Source: Neoconidiobolus thromboides FSU 785 (taxonomy: Eukaryota; Fungi; Entomophthoromycota). Taken from it: a stretch of 64,000 nt of DNA. Positions 51,013-61,852 of this stretch are shown piece after piece (the first letter of the stretch is position 1; each line of letters opens with the position of its first letter). A program made the translations under genes and the position numbers. The stretch lies in contig MU626261.1 in NCBI GenBank assembly GCA_025603075.1, positions 124,001 through 188,000 on the forward strand. The letters run 5' to 3'. The notes beneath the pieces were generated by a model. That model saw only the letters and a program-made list of their open reading frames with translations. It ran no database searches and was not told where the DNA came from.

Positions 51013-52020
51013 ATGAGGATGGATAGAGAGTTGTCAAATATTAGTATAATTGATGACTATCATAAGGAGTTAAAAAATGAACTTCAACAAAGAGAAAGCA
51101 TCTCATTTAATACGTTCTTAACTAAAGTTATAAATGATAAAAGGACCAGTTCGATGCTATTTTTGGAAAAAAAGGATCAATTTACTTATGTAATTGATAA
51201 ACTATTGAGTAGTTTCAAGAAGGACCACAATATTGAATATCAAGAATATTGGCTTATTACAAATAAGCAGCAAGATGCAAAGTATTATAAGAATAAGTTT
51301 TTAACTGAGATCAAGGATCCCAGCTCAATAGTTGAGTGGAAAATTATGTAAGTTATTGAAAATATCAACTAAATTATTAATAAGTTATTCATTAGAACTA
51401 TACTAGATGTCCCAGCCTTTAAAGCATTTTTATCATTTTTAAACTTGTATTTAATTAGTCATAAATGCCCTACCCTTATTGTTATTGATGACTTATCAGT
51501 TTTTAGAAAAATGAGTGAAGGGTAATAGATCCCTTTTGTTAGATTTTGTAATACTAATAGTTTAGTACTAAAGCAGTGTTTGAGTTAATAAACTTAATTG
51601 TTTTAAGTGTTAGCCAACTAAGTATTGAATCAAAAAGGTAAACGTAGTTGCTGACAAAAATGAAATTCGCTGATAATAATTTTTAGTTTCAGCAATGTAT
51701 TGATACTAGAAAAGAGTTTACTTCATTCTCATTTATTAAAAGAAATACTGAAAGATTATGATCAAACAAACCTAACCCATCAAACCATTTATGCTAAAGC
51801 TAAAAATTATTTATCTGAAACCAAACTTATTTACAATCAAATGTTAGATCACTTCTTTTACGCTCCTTCAATTCTTAATAATACTAATGACACTACAACT
51901 ATTGATATGGGTAAGCTTTTTTATCTTAAAATAACATTTGCTAAATCATTATTTTATAAAGTACAAGATAACGAAATTAAAATTCACGAACTAGATGAAG
52001 ATCTAAGACAGCTATTATAG
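51013..52020 (+). CDS. Uncharacterised protein, possibly a SWSAP1-like degenerate RecA-fold protein, 4 exons
   Basis: Three canonical introns join one open frame: ...EYWLITNKQ...WKI|ITILDVPAFKAFLSFL...CPTLIVIDDLSVF...|...ELINLIVLSVSQL...|FSNVLILEKS. PTLIVIDDL resembles a Walker B strand. The family call is inference. Confidence 0.6.
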
Positions 52021-52238
52021 TCTCCATAGTTTGAGTAGATTAACTTAAAGTCACTGAAGTTATATTAATAAATGATAAAACTAAATCTTCCCAGCTTTAA
52101 CTTTAAGTATGGAATTTGACTTGAATTCAACAATACTGCCTAAAAACTCATTGAACAAGCATAATAAAACAATACATGGTTTATTTTTAAATGTTTATTT
52201 AATTTATTCTACTTTTTTATATCTTGAGCTTTAACTAC

Positions 52239-53318
52239 TTAAGGATCAAACGCATATGTTTCTTTTTCTTCTGGTTTAATTTCTTTTACTTTTGAGTCTA
52301 AATCAGCTTTTTTGGATTCTTTTTCAACTTCCTTTTTAGCCAAATATTCTCTTTTAGCCATTCCATCTCTAGCAGCAGTTGATAATAATCCAAACACAAG
52401 TTCAATTCCTTTAACTGAATCATCATTACCAGGGATAGGATAGGTAACTCCAGCAGGATCTTGATCCGAATCTATAATAGCAATTGTTGGAATATTATAT
52501 CGAGTAGCTTCAGCGATTGCTTTTTTATTATCTTGATAATTGGCAACAATCAATAAATCTGGCTTGTAATTTTTATATTCGATTTGTTCTCCTTCATAAT
52601 AAACAAAAGACTTTGAACCTAAAACAGATTCTCTATTTGAAATAGCTCCAGGTACCCATTTATGATAGACATAATAGGAGTTAGAGCGCTGAGCTGCTTT
52701 AACGGTAGCAGAAGCGAATTCAGGTTTAGAAGATAAAAACAAAATGATACCATTGTTAAATGCTACTTCTCTTGTAAAAGCACAAGCTCTTTTAAGATAA
52801 GACATAGTTGCTTCAAGATTAAAAATATTAATATCTGCTCTTGAACCAAAGATAAATGGCAAATTTTTTGGGTTCCAAAGTTCGGTACTGCTACCTAAAT
52901 GTAAACCTGAAGCTAACATCTTTGCCATAGTTAATTCGGTAGGATTGAACTCCTCTGGTTGTTCTAATGACTCAGAATCTAATTGTACGGTTCCAATATC
53001 TTCAAAACTTGGAACTAAAAAAAGAGTTAACTTTTGGAATTATATAATAAATAATGGTCACTGCTCATTTTTATTTTTATTACCTAAGCTATTATATCTT
53101 TCTTTAATATTTATGGAGCCTGAAGTAGAAGCAGTTGATGCTATTGAAGAAGCAGGTATCGATTTGTTTATCGTTGAATCAAAGTTATTTTGAACTTTGG
53201 AAACATACGAGAGATATCTAGCACCTGAGTTTTTAACTATTATTCGATTATTAAGAGCTTAAAATATACCTTTTACAGCGTTAATTCTAAATAAGTTTTT
53301 GATTGAAACAGTTGCCAT
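52239..53318 (-). CDS. MRP4: Mitochondrial ribosomal protein uS2m (Mrp4-like), 3 exons
   Basis: MLASGLHLGSS..WNP.NLPFIFGSR, WVPGAISN, PDLLIV, NIPTIAIIDSD, YPIPGNDDS. The N-terminal exon resembles a mitochondrial presequence. Confidence 0.9.
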
Positions 53319-53605
53319 CCTAACCCTTAAAATCAATTAATTCAAGTTTATTTTTTGTTCATATCATATTATTTATAACTATCAAAATAATTGCTCATTT
53401 AATATTATAGTTTAATACCTTCAATTTAATTTATTAGTATTCTATTAAAACCGAATAAAATTTCAATTTTATAAACCATCCCAAATTTTAAACTGAGCCT
53501 TAAGTTGCAAAAGTTGCAATAAGGACTAATTATCCATATTTGGATAACTCTTATAAAATCAATTTGCTGTGAAAAACGTAATTTAATTATTCAAATTATA
53601 CAACA

Positions 53606-54798
53606 ATGGTTACTGCTAATGATTTGAATTTACCATGGTACAACACAACACAATATGAATTAACATATGATTAACTAGTTAAGGGTAGAAAAATACCGCC
53701 CAATCGTTTTGGATGATATCGTTGGAAATGAAGAAACTATTCAAAGATTAAAAGTGATTGCTAGTGATGGCAACATGCCAAATATTATTTTATCGGTAAT
53801 AAATTTATATTATTAAATAAGTAAATCATTTCTTATTTAAAAAAACTTAGGGATCACCTGGAATAGGAAAAACAACTTCAATCCTTTGTTTGGCAAGACA
53901 AATTTTAAAAGATAAATTTAGTGAGTGTGTTCTTGAATTGAATGCTTCAGATGATAGGTAATTGATAATAATTAGCACAGGATAAATAAAAATAAACAAA
54001 GAAAGGGGTATCGACGTAGTAAGAAACCGAATTAAGATGTTTGCTCAGAAAAAAGTAAATCTCCCACAAGGTTTACATAAAATTGTGATTTTAGACGAAG
54101 CGGATAGTATGGTAGCAGGAGCGCAGCAAGCTTTAAGAAGAACGATGGAAATTTATTCAACAACCACTCGTTTCGCTTTGGCTTGTAACTTGTCTAGTAA
54201 AATTATCGAACCCATTCAAAGTCGATGTGCTATGATAAGATATACCAGATTGAATGATCAACAAGTTACTAAACGTTTGCTTGAGATCTGTGAACTCGAA
54301 AATGTACAATATAACGCTGATGGGTTAGCTGCCATTGTTTTTACTGCTGATGGGGATATGCGTCAAGCGATTAATAATTTACAGTCTACTTTTTCCGGAT
54401 TTGGGTTTGTTAATCAAGAAAATGTATTTAGAGTTTGTGACCAACCTCATCCAACGATAGTTAAAGAAGTGATTGAAAGTTGTATCAATGGAAAATTAGA
54501 TAATGCTATTGAAGTTATGTCTTCTTTATGGCATAAGGGATACTCTGCTTTAGACATTATTACTACATTTTTTCGTGTTACCAAATTATATGATATGCCA
54601 GAAACTTCAAAACTTGAGTTTATAAAGGTAAGTTTTTGTTTTCAAATTTCAAATTAGATGTTAAAGGTTTATTAGGAAATAGGATTATGCCATATGAAAA
54701 TTTTAGATGGTCTTGATACAAAACTTCAATTAGTTGGTATGTTGGCTAATGTCACGAACAAATTGTATTCTTTTGAGTCGCTTAAGGATATACCCTAA
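53606..54798 (+). CDS. RFC4: Replication factor C small subunit (yeast Rfc4/human RFC2), 5 exons
   Basis: LPW|[24 protein letters not shown]|[33 protein letters not shown]. Confidence 0.95.
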
Positions 54799-55198
54799 AT
54801 AAGTCTACACGAAAGCAACGGATAATTTAAAATGAGGTCTTTCATGCTTTATTCTTACAAAAGTGCAACTAAATTTATTTTTTGACTTTTTATTTTTAAT
54901 ATTTCGAATTTGTTTCAACTATTTTGGTTTAGTTTTGTTTTCAACTTTTGATTATCAATTTCAATCATATTATATTCTTTCTGAAATTCTCTCAGATTAA
55001 TTTAGAGACAATATTAATAAAGTAAATATCAATGATATTAATGATTAGAAACTATGCCCTCCTAAACAAACATTCTACATAAACAAAATATAAACAATAT
55101 GGTATGCAGAAATAAAATATCGATTTCTATTACTTTAGCAATTTTATTTAATAATTAAACTTCAATTTCTAATTTTATTAAAAAAAAATTTAATTTAA

Positions 55199-55666
55199 CT
55201 ATTTAGGGGCATCACGCCAAGAAATACATTGTTCTTCATCCATAGAAGAAATACAAGTGACGGAGATATCACGACCTTCAGCAAAAGCAGCTTCAAGTTC
55301 ACGACCAAGAGCATCATCTGGAATTTTGACATCATCTTTGGTGGAACCATCTTGTAACATAAGGGATAAGAAACCATCTTCAATATCGAGGAGGGTGTAT
55401 TCATCACGCTTAACGTGAGGTACATCCATGTTATGGGTAGATGGGGAGATATCTTCAAGTTTTTTACCAGTGAAAATATCAACAGCAACTAAATGGACTT
55501 TAGCATGACCGTGCTTACCAGTTTTAGAGGTGGACATATCAACAATTTTGCATGGACGGCCCTTAATAACAACGTGTCCGTTTTTTCTTAAAGCGGAACA
55601 TTGCATTGGGTAGGTAAGGGAAGCACCAGATCCGGCAGCTTCGAAAGTGTGTTCTTCATCAGCCAT
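55199..55666 (-). CDS. HYP2: Translation factor eIF5A, intronless
   Basis: Hypusination motif [16 protein letters not shown]; full-length 155 aa. Confidence 0.98.
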   Translation of the reverse strand: MADEEHTFEAAGSGASLTYPMQCSALRKNGHVVIKGRPCKIVDMSTSKTGKHGHAKVHLVAVDIFTGKKLEDISPSTHNMDVPHVKRDEYTLLDIEDGFLSLMLQDGSTKDDVKIPDDALGRELEAAFAEGRDISVTCISSMDEEQCISWRDAPK

Positions 55667-57022
55667 CTTTGTTATTTCTTTAAAAAAGTTAATAAATAAT
55701 TCTATTGAATTTAAAAAGATTTATAATAAATTATTAATAGAGAATGAATAAATTTACTCACCAAAAAAGAGAAATCAATGAGAAAAGAGAAATTTTCCCA
55801 ACTTTATTTATGGTGGATTAGTAGCTAGGATCATTTTATTAAACTATATGATTAATTTATGGGACATAAATGAAGGGAGTGAATATTTTGTAAAATTGTA
55901 CCGTTAATTTATAGAATAATACTATTTGATTGGATAATACTATTCCTGATTAAAGTTGCATCTTATTTGATACTTAAAATTTTTACACGTGTTTTAATTG
56001 GCCTCAGCTCTTTGCAAAATCCTATTATGTAAAGTGTCATTGGATCTAAATGTTCTCCAAATTTCATAAAAATGAATAACAATAATTTATAATAATTAAT
56101 AAACAATTAAATAAAACAAATAATCAAAATTGAATTATCAAATATTTTTTATTTTGTTTATTCATTCAAAAGTTCAAATCTTCAACTTTAACCCTATAGG
56201 CTTTTTTAGCTTAATTCGGCTTTAAGCTGATCTACAAAATTTGACATTAAATTAGGCAAAATCAAGATTTTAAAGTAGATGGATATGAGGCTATTGTTAC
56301 TGAAAATTTATTTCAGTAATTGAAATACATTTAAATGGTTTCATGTATTCTCTGTAGTTTTATTTTATGATTATTTTTTTTATTTTTTATGATATATCTT
56401 GTAAAATTATATAATCATTTTATATCTATAAAGTAAATTGCCGAGAAATGTCAATTTTTTAGAAGTGAAAGTATCCCTGAACTATTACATTTTATAATTT
56501 GCAATTTTTGAAAGATGCTCACAGTAATAGCATCATAACTCGAATCCAAAGCCAAAATTTTTTTACATACTTTTATTTAACCTTTATACAAAAATATAAC
56601 TATAATTGCACAAATAAATAGTACGGTTTACTTTTTGTATCATTATGAAAATCGTATTGAAAGTTTGACTAACAAAAAGGTTTTACTTTTTTCACTTCAA
56701 GATTTTATTACAAAAGCATAACATGTTACTTATTTAACGCAATTATATTGTTTTTTATATTAAGTTAAATGTAATAATCTTAATTTAGTTTGAAATTGCT
56801 GCTAAAATATTTATTTAATTGACTGATAATTTAGTTGATTAAAATGTCTTAGAAAAAGCATTGCCTTAAAAATAGCCATCAAAACTGTCTAACAAATAGC
56901 AAAGCAAATCATCAACAGTTTGATAGACATTATAATTTTTTTTTAAAAAATAATCAAAATGAAAGGAATTAAGATAAATACTTCACTTTATTATCACAAA
57001 AAGCTTTTATTTAAAATAAAAA

Positions 57023-59332
57023 ATGAAGTTGCATACTATATCTGCAACTATTTCTTTAATCACACTCAATCTATTAACTCAAAATGTATCCGCTGGTATA
57101 TTTGATTTTATGAAAAAAAGTAATAAAGATTATTTATACATAAAGCAAAACTTTTGGGAAGTCCCAAAGGTTTATGATTATATTGTAGTAGGTGCAGGGA
57201 GTGCAGGAGGAATGTTAGCTATGCGACTAGCCAACTATGGCTTTACTACCTTATTATTAGAAGCTGGTTCTGAGCCAGAACCAAATTCATGGAATATAAC
57301 AGTACCAGCGTTTAGTACCCGAGCTTCCGAAGATCCGAAGATTGCCTGGGATTACTTTGTAAAGCATTACAAAGAAGAGACAAAACTAAGACAAGAAGTA
57401 TTTTATCCAAGGGCAAGCGGGCTTGGCGGATGCTCTTTACATCATGCTCAGATCGCTGTTTATCCACAAAAAAGAGATTTTGATTTATTGTATGAGTTAA
57501 CGGGCAATGATATATTTAAAGAGCCATTATTTAGAGAAAAGTATTTCAAACCTTTGGAAAACTGTAATTACCCATTACAAGTAAGTGATAAAAATGATCA
57601 TGGTTATCGTGGTTGGTACCCAACAAGTTATTCACCTTTAGTTAGGATGTTGTCATCAGACAAATCATTGAGTAAATTGTTAGCCTTTTTAGGTGGGGAC
57701 CCTACTCATGACGTTAACGGTTATATCAATGGCAATGTTGGAACTGATAGTGTTGGTTTATTCAATATACCATCAGCAGTACATCAAACAAATTATACAC
57801 GAATGAACTATTTAGGCCAATTACAAATGGCTCGTGCTTTTAGCCCATTAACTATATTAACTGATACGTTAGTTTCTAAGGTCATTTTTGATAAAAACAA
57901 AAAAGCTATAGGCGTTAATGTTTATCACGGGGCTAACTTATATAAAGCATCACCACTATTTGATGATAATAGGTCAAGACAGGCTGTGCCAAATCAATTT
58001 TTCGCAAGAAATGAAGTCATCATATCTGCAGGGACATTTAATACACCTCAGCTATTAATGTTGAGCGGAATTGGTGATAAAGAGGAATTAAATAAATTTA
58101 ATATAACAACAATAAGTGATTTGAAGGGAGTAGGCAAAAATTTATTGGACAGAAATGAGATTCCATATATATTAAAGCTAGAAAATGATTTACCTTTATT
58201 TAAAGATTGCTTTTTTTCTTCAAATGAATATGCTGATCGCTGTTTTAGACAATATAAGAATGAAAAAAATGGTGCTTATTTAGCTAACTCAGGTGTTAGT
58301 GGAGAGATCTACAAGTCTAATAAGTATTTAAATGAACCAGATATATTTATTATTAATACTCCCGTCTATTTCTATGGCTACTATAAAGGGTATTCTGAAG
58401 AAGCAGTAAAAAACACAAGGTATTTCAACCGATTAATATTAAAAGCGCATACAAGGTCCCAAGGCTATGTTAAATTAAAGTCAAATGATCCAAGAGAGAC
58501 TCCAGATATCAACTTATTAAAGTTTAATATTGGGGGTGTTGAGGACATGAATGCTTTAATAACATCAATAGAATACGTTAGAAACCGAACAAGAGAAGAG
58601 GTTGGAGAGGAAAACGTTTATGAAGAAGTATATCCAGGCAAACAGTATGCTTCAAGATGGCAGATAGCAAAATGGATCGCTGAAATTACATGGGGGCATC
58701 ATGTTTGTTGTACAGCCAAACTAGGATTAGACAATGACCCGATGGCTGTTTTAGATTCTAGGTTTAGAGTACGTGGAGTTAAAGGATTGAGGGTTATGGA
58801 TATGTCTGCCTTACCTGATATCCCTGGATTTTTCCCAAATTTATTCATTCATATGATGGGCAATGTATTGGGTGATTTTATCGTTGAAGAAAAATTAAGT
58901 GGAGAACCTACTTATAGACCTAAACCAAGCCAAAAAACATTAGAGCGACTACTTTTCAAAGAGAAAGGACCAAAGTTCAATCCAAGAGATCCATCTTTCG
59001 AATTTTTTAATAACTTTAATAGCGATAATACCAACGTTGGATTAGATGGACAAGTGAATATCGATGATCCATTTAATAAGATTTTATTAAAAGAAACAGA
59101 TCAAATTAATAAAGATGACCCATTTAATAGTATAAAGCCACAGCAACAAAACAATAATAACAATGGTGCTACTAATATTCCCTTTAATAGGGGAAGTCAG
59201 CAATCAATTCAGAGTTTCGAAGACCCGTTCAATGGAATAAATCAACAATCAAGTAATGACCCATTTGGTAAATTTCGCAACAAATTTAGCAGCTCCGTGA
59301 ATAATATAAAAAACAATTTCAATTTTGGATAA
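57023..59332 (+). CDS. Secreted GMC oxidoreductase with a low-complexity DPF-repeat C-terminal tail, intronless
   Basis: Signal peptide; YDYIVVGAGSAGG (FAD Rossmann fold), YPRASGLGGCS, EVIISAGTFNTPQLLMLSGIG, WGHHVCCTAKLG, LDSRFRVRGVKGLRVMDMS. Confidence 0.93.
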   Translation: MKLHTISATISLITLNLLTQNVSAGIFDFMKKSNKDYLYIKQNFWEVPKVYDYIVVGAGSAGGMLAMRLANYGFTTLLLEAGSEPEPNSWNITVPAFSTRASEDPKIAWDYFVKHYKEETKLRQEVFYPRASGLGGCSLHHAQIAVYPQKRDFDLLYELTGNDIFKEPLFREKYFKPLENCNYPLQVSDKNDHGYRGWYPTSYSPLVRMLSSDKSLSKLLAFLGGDPTHDVNGYINGNVGTDSVGLFNIPSAVHQTNYTRMNYLGQLQMARAFSPLTILTDTLVSKVIFDKNKKAIGVNVYHGANLYKASPLFDDNRSRQAVPNQFFARNEVIISAGTFNTPQLLMLSGIGDKEELNKFNITTISDLKGVGKNLLDRNEIPYILKLENDLPLFKDCFFSSNEYADRCFRQYKNEKNGAYLANSGVSGEIYKSNKYLNEPDIFIINTPVYFYGYYKGYSEEAVKNTRYFNRLILKAHTRSQGYVKLKSNDPRETPDINLLKFNIGGVEDMNALITSIEYVRNRTREEVGEENVYEEVYPGKQYASRWQIAKWIAEITWGHHVCCTAKLGLDNDPMAVLDSRFRVRGVKGLRVMDMSALPDIPGFFPNLFIHMMGNVLGDFIVEEKLSGEPTYRPKPSQKTLERLLFKEKGPKFNPRDPSFEFFNNFNSDNTNVGLDGQVNIDDPFNKILLKETDQINKDDPFNSIKPQQQNNNNNGATNIPFNRGSQQSIQSFEDPFNGINQQSSNDPFGKFRNKFSSSVNNIKNNFNFG

Positions 59333-59343
59333 AGATTATACAT

Positions 59344-59433
59344 GGAGATGTTTTTTTTGACTTCATCACTTTTTCAATTTTTAAGCACTATTTAAGCGGA
59401 AAGATTATTAATAAAATTATTTTAAAAAAAAAT
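59344..59433 (-). mobile_element. Family A MITE-like element, right TIR lost; starts 12 nt after the GMC stop codon
   Basis: ggagatgttttttttgacttcatcactttttcaatttttaagcactatttaagcggaaagattattaataaaatt. Confidence 0.78.
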
Positions 59434-59441
59434 CATTATAT

Positions 59442-59540
59442 GGGGCTGTTTTTTTTAACTTCATAACTTTTTCCATTTTTTGAACGCTATTTAGGCGGAG
59501 AGATTGTTAGTAAAATTATTAAACAAAAAAATACATCCCC
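59442..59540 (-). mobile_element. Family A MITE-like element, tandem with the 59344 copy
   Basis: ATAT|ggggctgttttttttaacttcataactttttccattttttgaacgctatttaggcggagagattgttagtaaaattattaaacaaaaaaatacatcccc|ATAT. Confidence 0.87.
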
Positions 59541-60106
59541 ATATGATATTTTTTATTCAATAAATGTGCTATCTTTATTTTTATTTATCTCTTATTCTAA
59601 ATTATATACAGGTGTTGATATCATTATATAGTCATTGAAAAAATAATTTGGGTAGTTTAAAAAATTATATATTTTTAATTAGTACTTTTTACATAGTAAA
59701 ACAGCAAAAAGTTATATTTAAAAACTACATCTAATGAAGACCAAAATTGTAAAAAGCACTAAAAATATATAATTTTTTAAACCACCTAGATTATTTTTTC
59801 AATGATTATTAAATACTATTAATAGTAAGCAAATTAAAGGAAGTTAGATTTGTGTTGAACATTAATACAATGTTATCCAGTTTTGGTGACAATAATATTA
59901 TTACTGGTTAACTCGTTTAGTATCTAAGCTTCAAAATTAAGCTAACTTACTGCTTCTAAATTCTAAATAGCTGCTATTTAATTTTAACCTTTTCTTTTAA
60001 ATAGTTGAGCATAATTGATTGTACTTTATAGCTGTTTTATAAGAACCACTCAAAATTATTCATTAATAGTTATTATTAATATAGATATGTCCGTTTTTAT
60101 ATATAT

Positions 60107-60204
60107 GAAGATGTGTTTTTGTGTTTAATAATTTTATTAATAATCTTTCCGCTCAAATAGTGCTCAAAAAGTGAAAAAGTGATGAAACCAAAAAAAACAT
60201 CCTC
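60107..60204 (+). mobile_element. Family A MITE-like element
   Basis: ATAT|gaagatgtgtttttgtgtttaataattttattaataatctttccgctcaaatagtgctcaaaaagtgaaaaagtgatgaaaccaaaaaaaacatcctc|ATAT. Confidence 0.85.
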
Positions 60205-60395
60205 ATATTTACAAAATAAAATTTATCTAAAAAGTCTGATAAATCAGTATAATAGCTCTTTATAAATAAGTGTTAGCTTTAAAGTTTTATTGATGCGCAT
60301 TGCAAGCGTTTAACTATACAAATACTAAATGAATGTTTATTATACTTTAAATCTACTTCATTTACTTTCAATTTTCCAACTCAGATATAACCCAA

Positions 60396-60570
60396 ATTAT
60401 GAAAAATAGAGACATTTGGCTTATTCGGTTAAGGGAATCTAAAATGTGTAAAAGTAGTGGTGGGCAAATAAAAGTTCCGAATCTTTTCAATCTTGAATTC
60501 TATTGAGATATAGATTGAAAAAAAAGCACCTGTCTTAATTGAGGGGTCAAATGTCTCTATTTTTTATAAT
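60396..60570. repeat. 175-bp inverted-repeat element (family C) with 25-bp arms and an internal hairpin
   Basis: attatgaaaaatagagacatttggc (60396-60420) matches the reverse complement of 60546-60570 at 23/25. Internal 10-bp stem at 60484-60493 / 60512-60521. Confidence 0.8.
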
Positions 60571-60600
60571 GGCTATACGCTCAAAGTTAAAATTGTTTAT

Positions 60601-60765
60601 TTAGACATAACGTGTTTCTGAATCAGTGGAGATACTTGATAGAGTGGAGAATTTGCCCGAAATTACTAACAAGTTTTTGATTATACAATAGTTTGTATTT
60701 AGTTTTGTGCAGATTATTCTCCACTCTATCAAGTATCTCCACTGATTCAGAAGCACATTGTCTAA
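60601..60765. repeat. Long foldback with a perfect 37-bp core (candidate small-RNA precursor or young foldback element)
   Basis: 60616-60652 is the exact reverse complement of 60716-60752, and pairing extends outward and inward. Confidence 0.92.
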
Positions 60766-61170
60766 AATTAAAATACACTTTTGACTAAGAGTTTGTTATT
60801 GATAATAGGTAAGATTTTTAAAAATAAAATTTAATAAAATATTAAGTCAATACCTTAATAATTTTTATTTGACAATATTTGAAAAATAACATGTAGATCA
60901 TTTGAAAAAACAAATCTTTATTACATATATCAAGGTAGATTTATTCTTCAATTTCCTTAGCAGTCATAAGGTGCTAAAAGCGAAAGTTGCTATGTATAGT
61001 TTAACTAAGGCATTGCTTTAAGTAATTTCTTTACCAATTAAAAATTGGTTTGTAACAAAATAATAACCGAGCTTCATTGGCTACATGAATTCACTAAAAC
61101 TTAGATTAGGATTCCAGCTTGTTACTATTTTCTTAGAATATCTTTTAAAAAATAATTATATTTCCTAAAT

Positions 61171-61852
61171 ATGAATAACACAAATAACGAAGATTCGTCA
61201 AGCGTAGCTGGAAAGTTGCAAAAGATATTGCATACTATATCGGTGGTAAGAAGTTATTGATTAGGAATCTTAAATTTAAGCCTAACCCAATTCAGAGGCA
61301 CCAAACCTTTTTAGATAGTTTAACTCCATACCCAACATATAGATGGGTAGCAAGTGCTGTGTTACTTATTGCCTTTATATTGAGATTTATTTTAGCCCAA
61401 GGATGGTATATTATAGCCTATGGGCTTGGAATTTACCTTTTAAATGCTTTCTTGGCATTTTTGACGCCCAGATTTGACCCAGCTTTAGAAGAAATGGAAC
61501 AAGAAGAGTTGGACAATGAGAGTGGGTTCTCTTTACCCACCCGCTCTGACGATGAATTTCGTCCCTTTATTCGTAGACTCCCAGAGTTTAAGTTTTGGTA
61601 TGATTTAATCGTATATTTTTAAGTTTGAATGTTAATTATTTGATTAGGTTATTATCTACCCGAGCCATCATTATATCATTATTCTGCACGTTATTTAATG
61701 CCTTGGACATACCAGTATTTTGGCCAATATTGTTATTTTATTTTATTTTCTTGTTTATCCTTACAATGCGCCGTCAAATACAACACATGATTAAACACCG
61801 TTATATCCCATTCGACTTGGGTAAGAAAAACTACTCCAAACGTTCTGGTTAA
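61171..61852 (+). CDS. RER1: Golgi-to-ER retrieval receptor Rer1, 3 exons
   Basis: [95 protein letters not shown]. Confidence 0.97.

Noticed and set aside
53258-53269. Apparent 12-nt intron in MRP4 (gtatattttaag)
   Set aside because: A normal 45-nt intron (53225-53269) from the same donor restores the same frame.
12036-54798. Apparent cluster of replication and repair genes (PCNA pseudogene, FHA kinase, ORC6, SWSAP1-like, RFC4)
   Set aside because: They are spread over 43 kb among unrelated housekeeping genes, which is compatible with chance in a gene-dense genome.
57023-59332. Horizontal transfer of the intronless GMC oxidoreductase
   Set aside because: Several clearly native genes here are also intronless, codon usage is similarly AT-rich, and related GMCs exist in fungi. 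It cannot be supported without a phylogeny.
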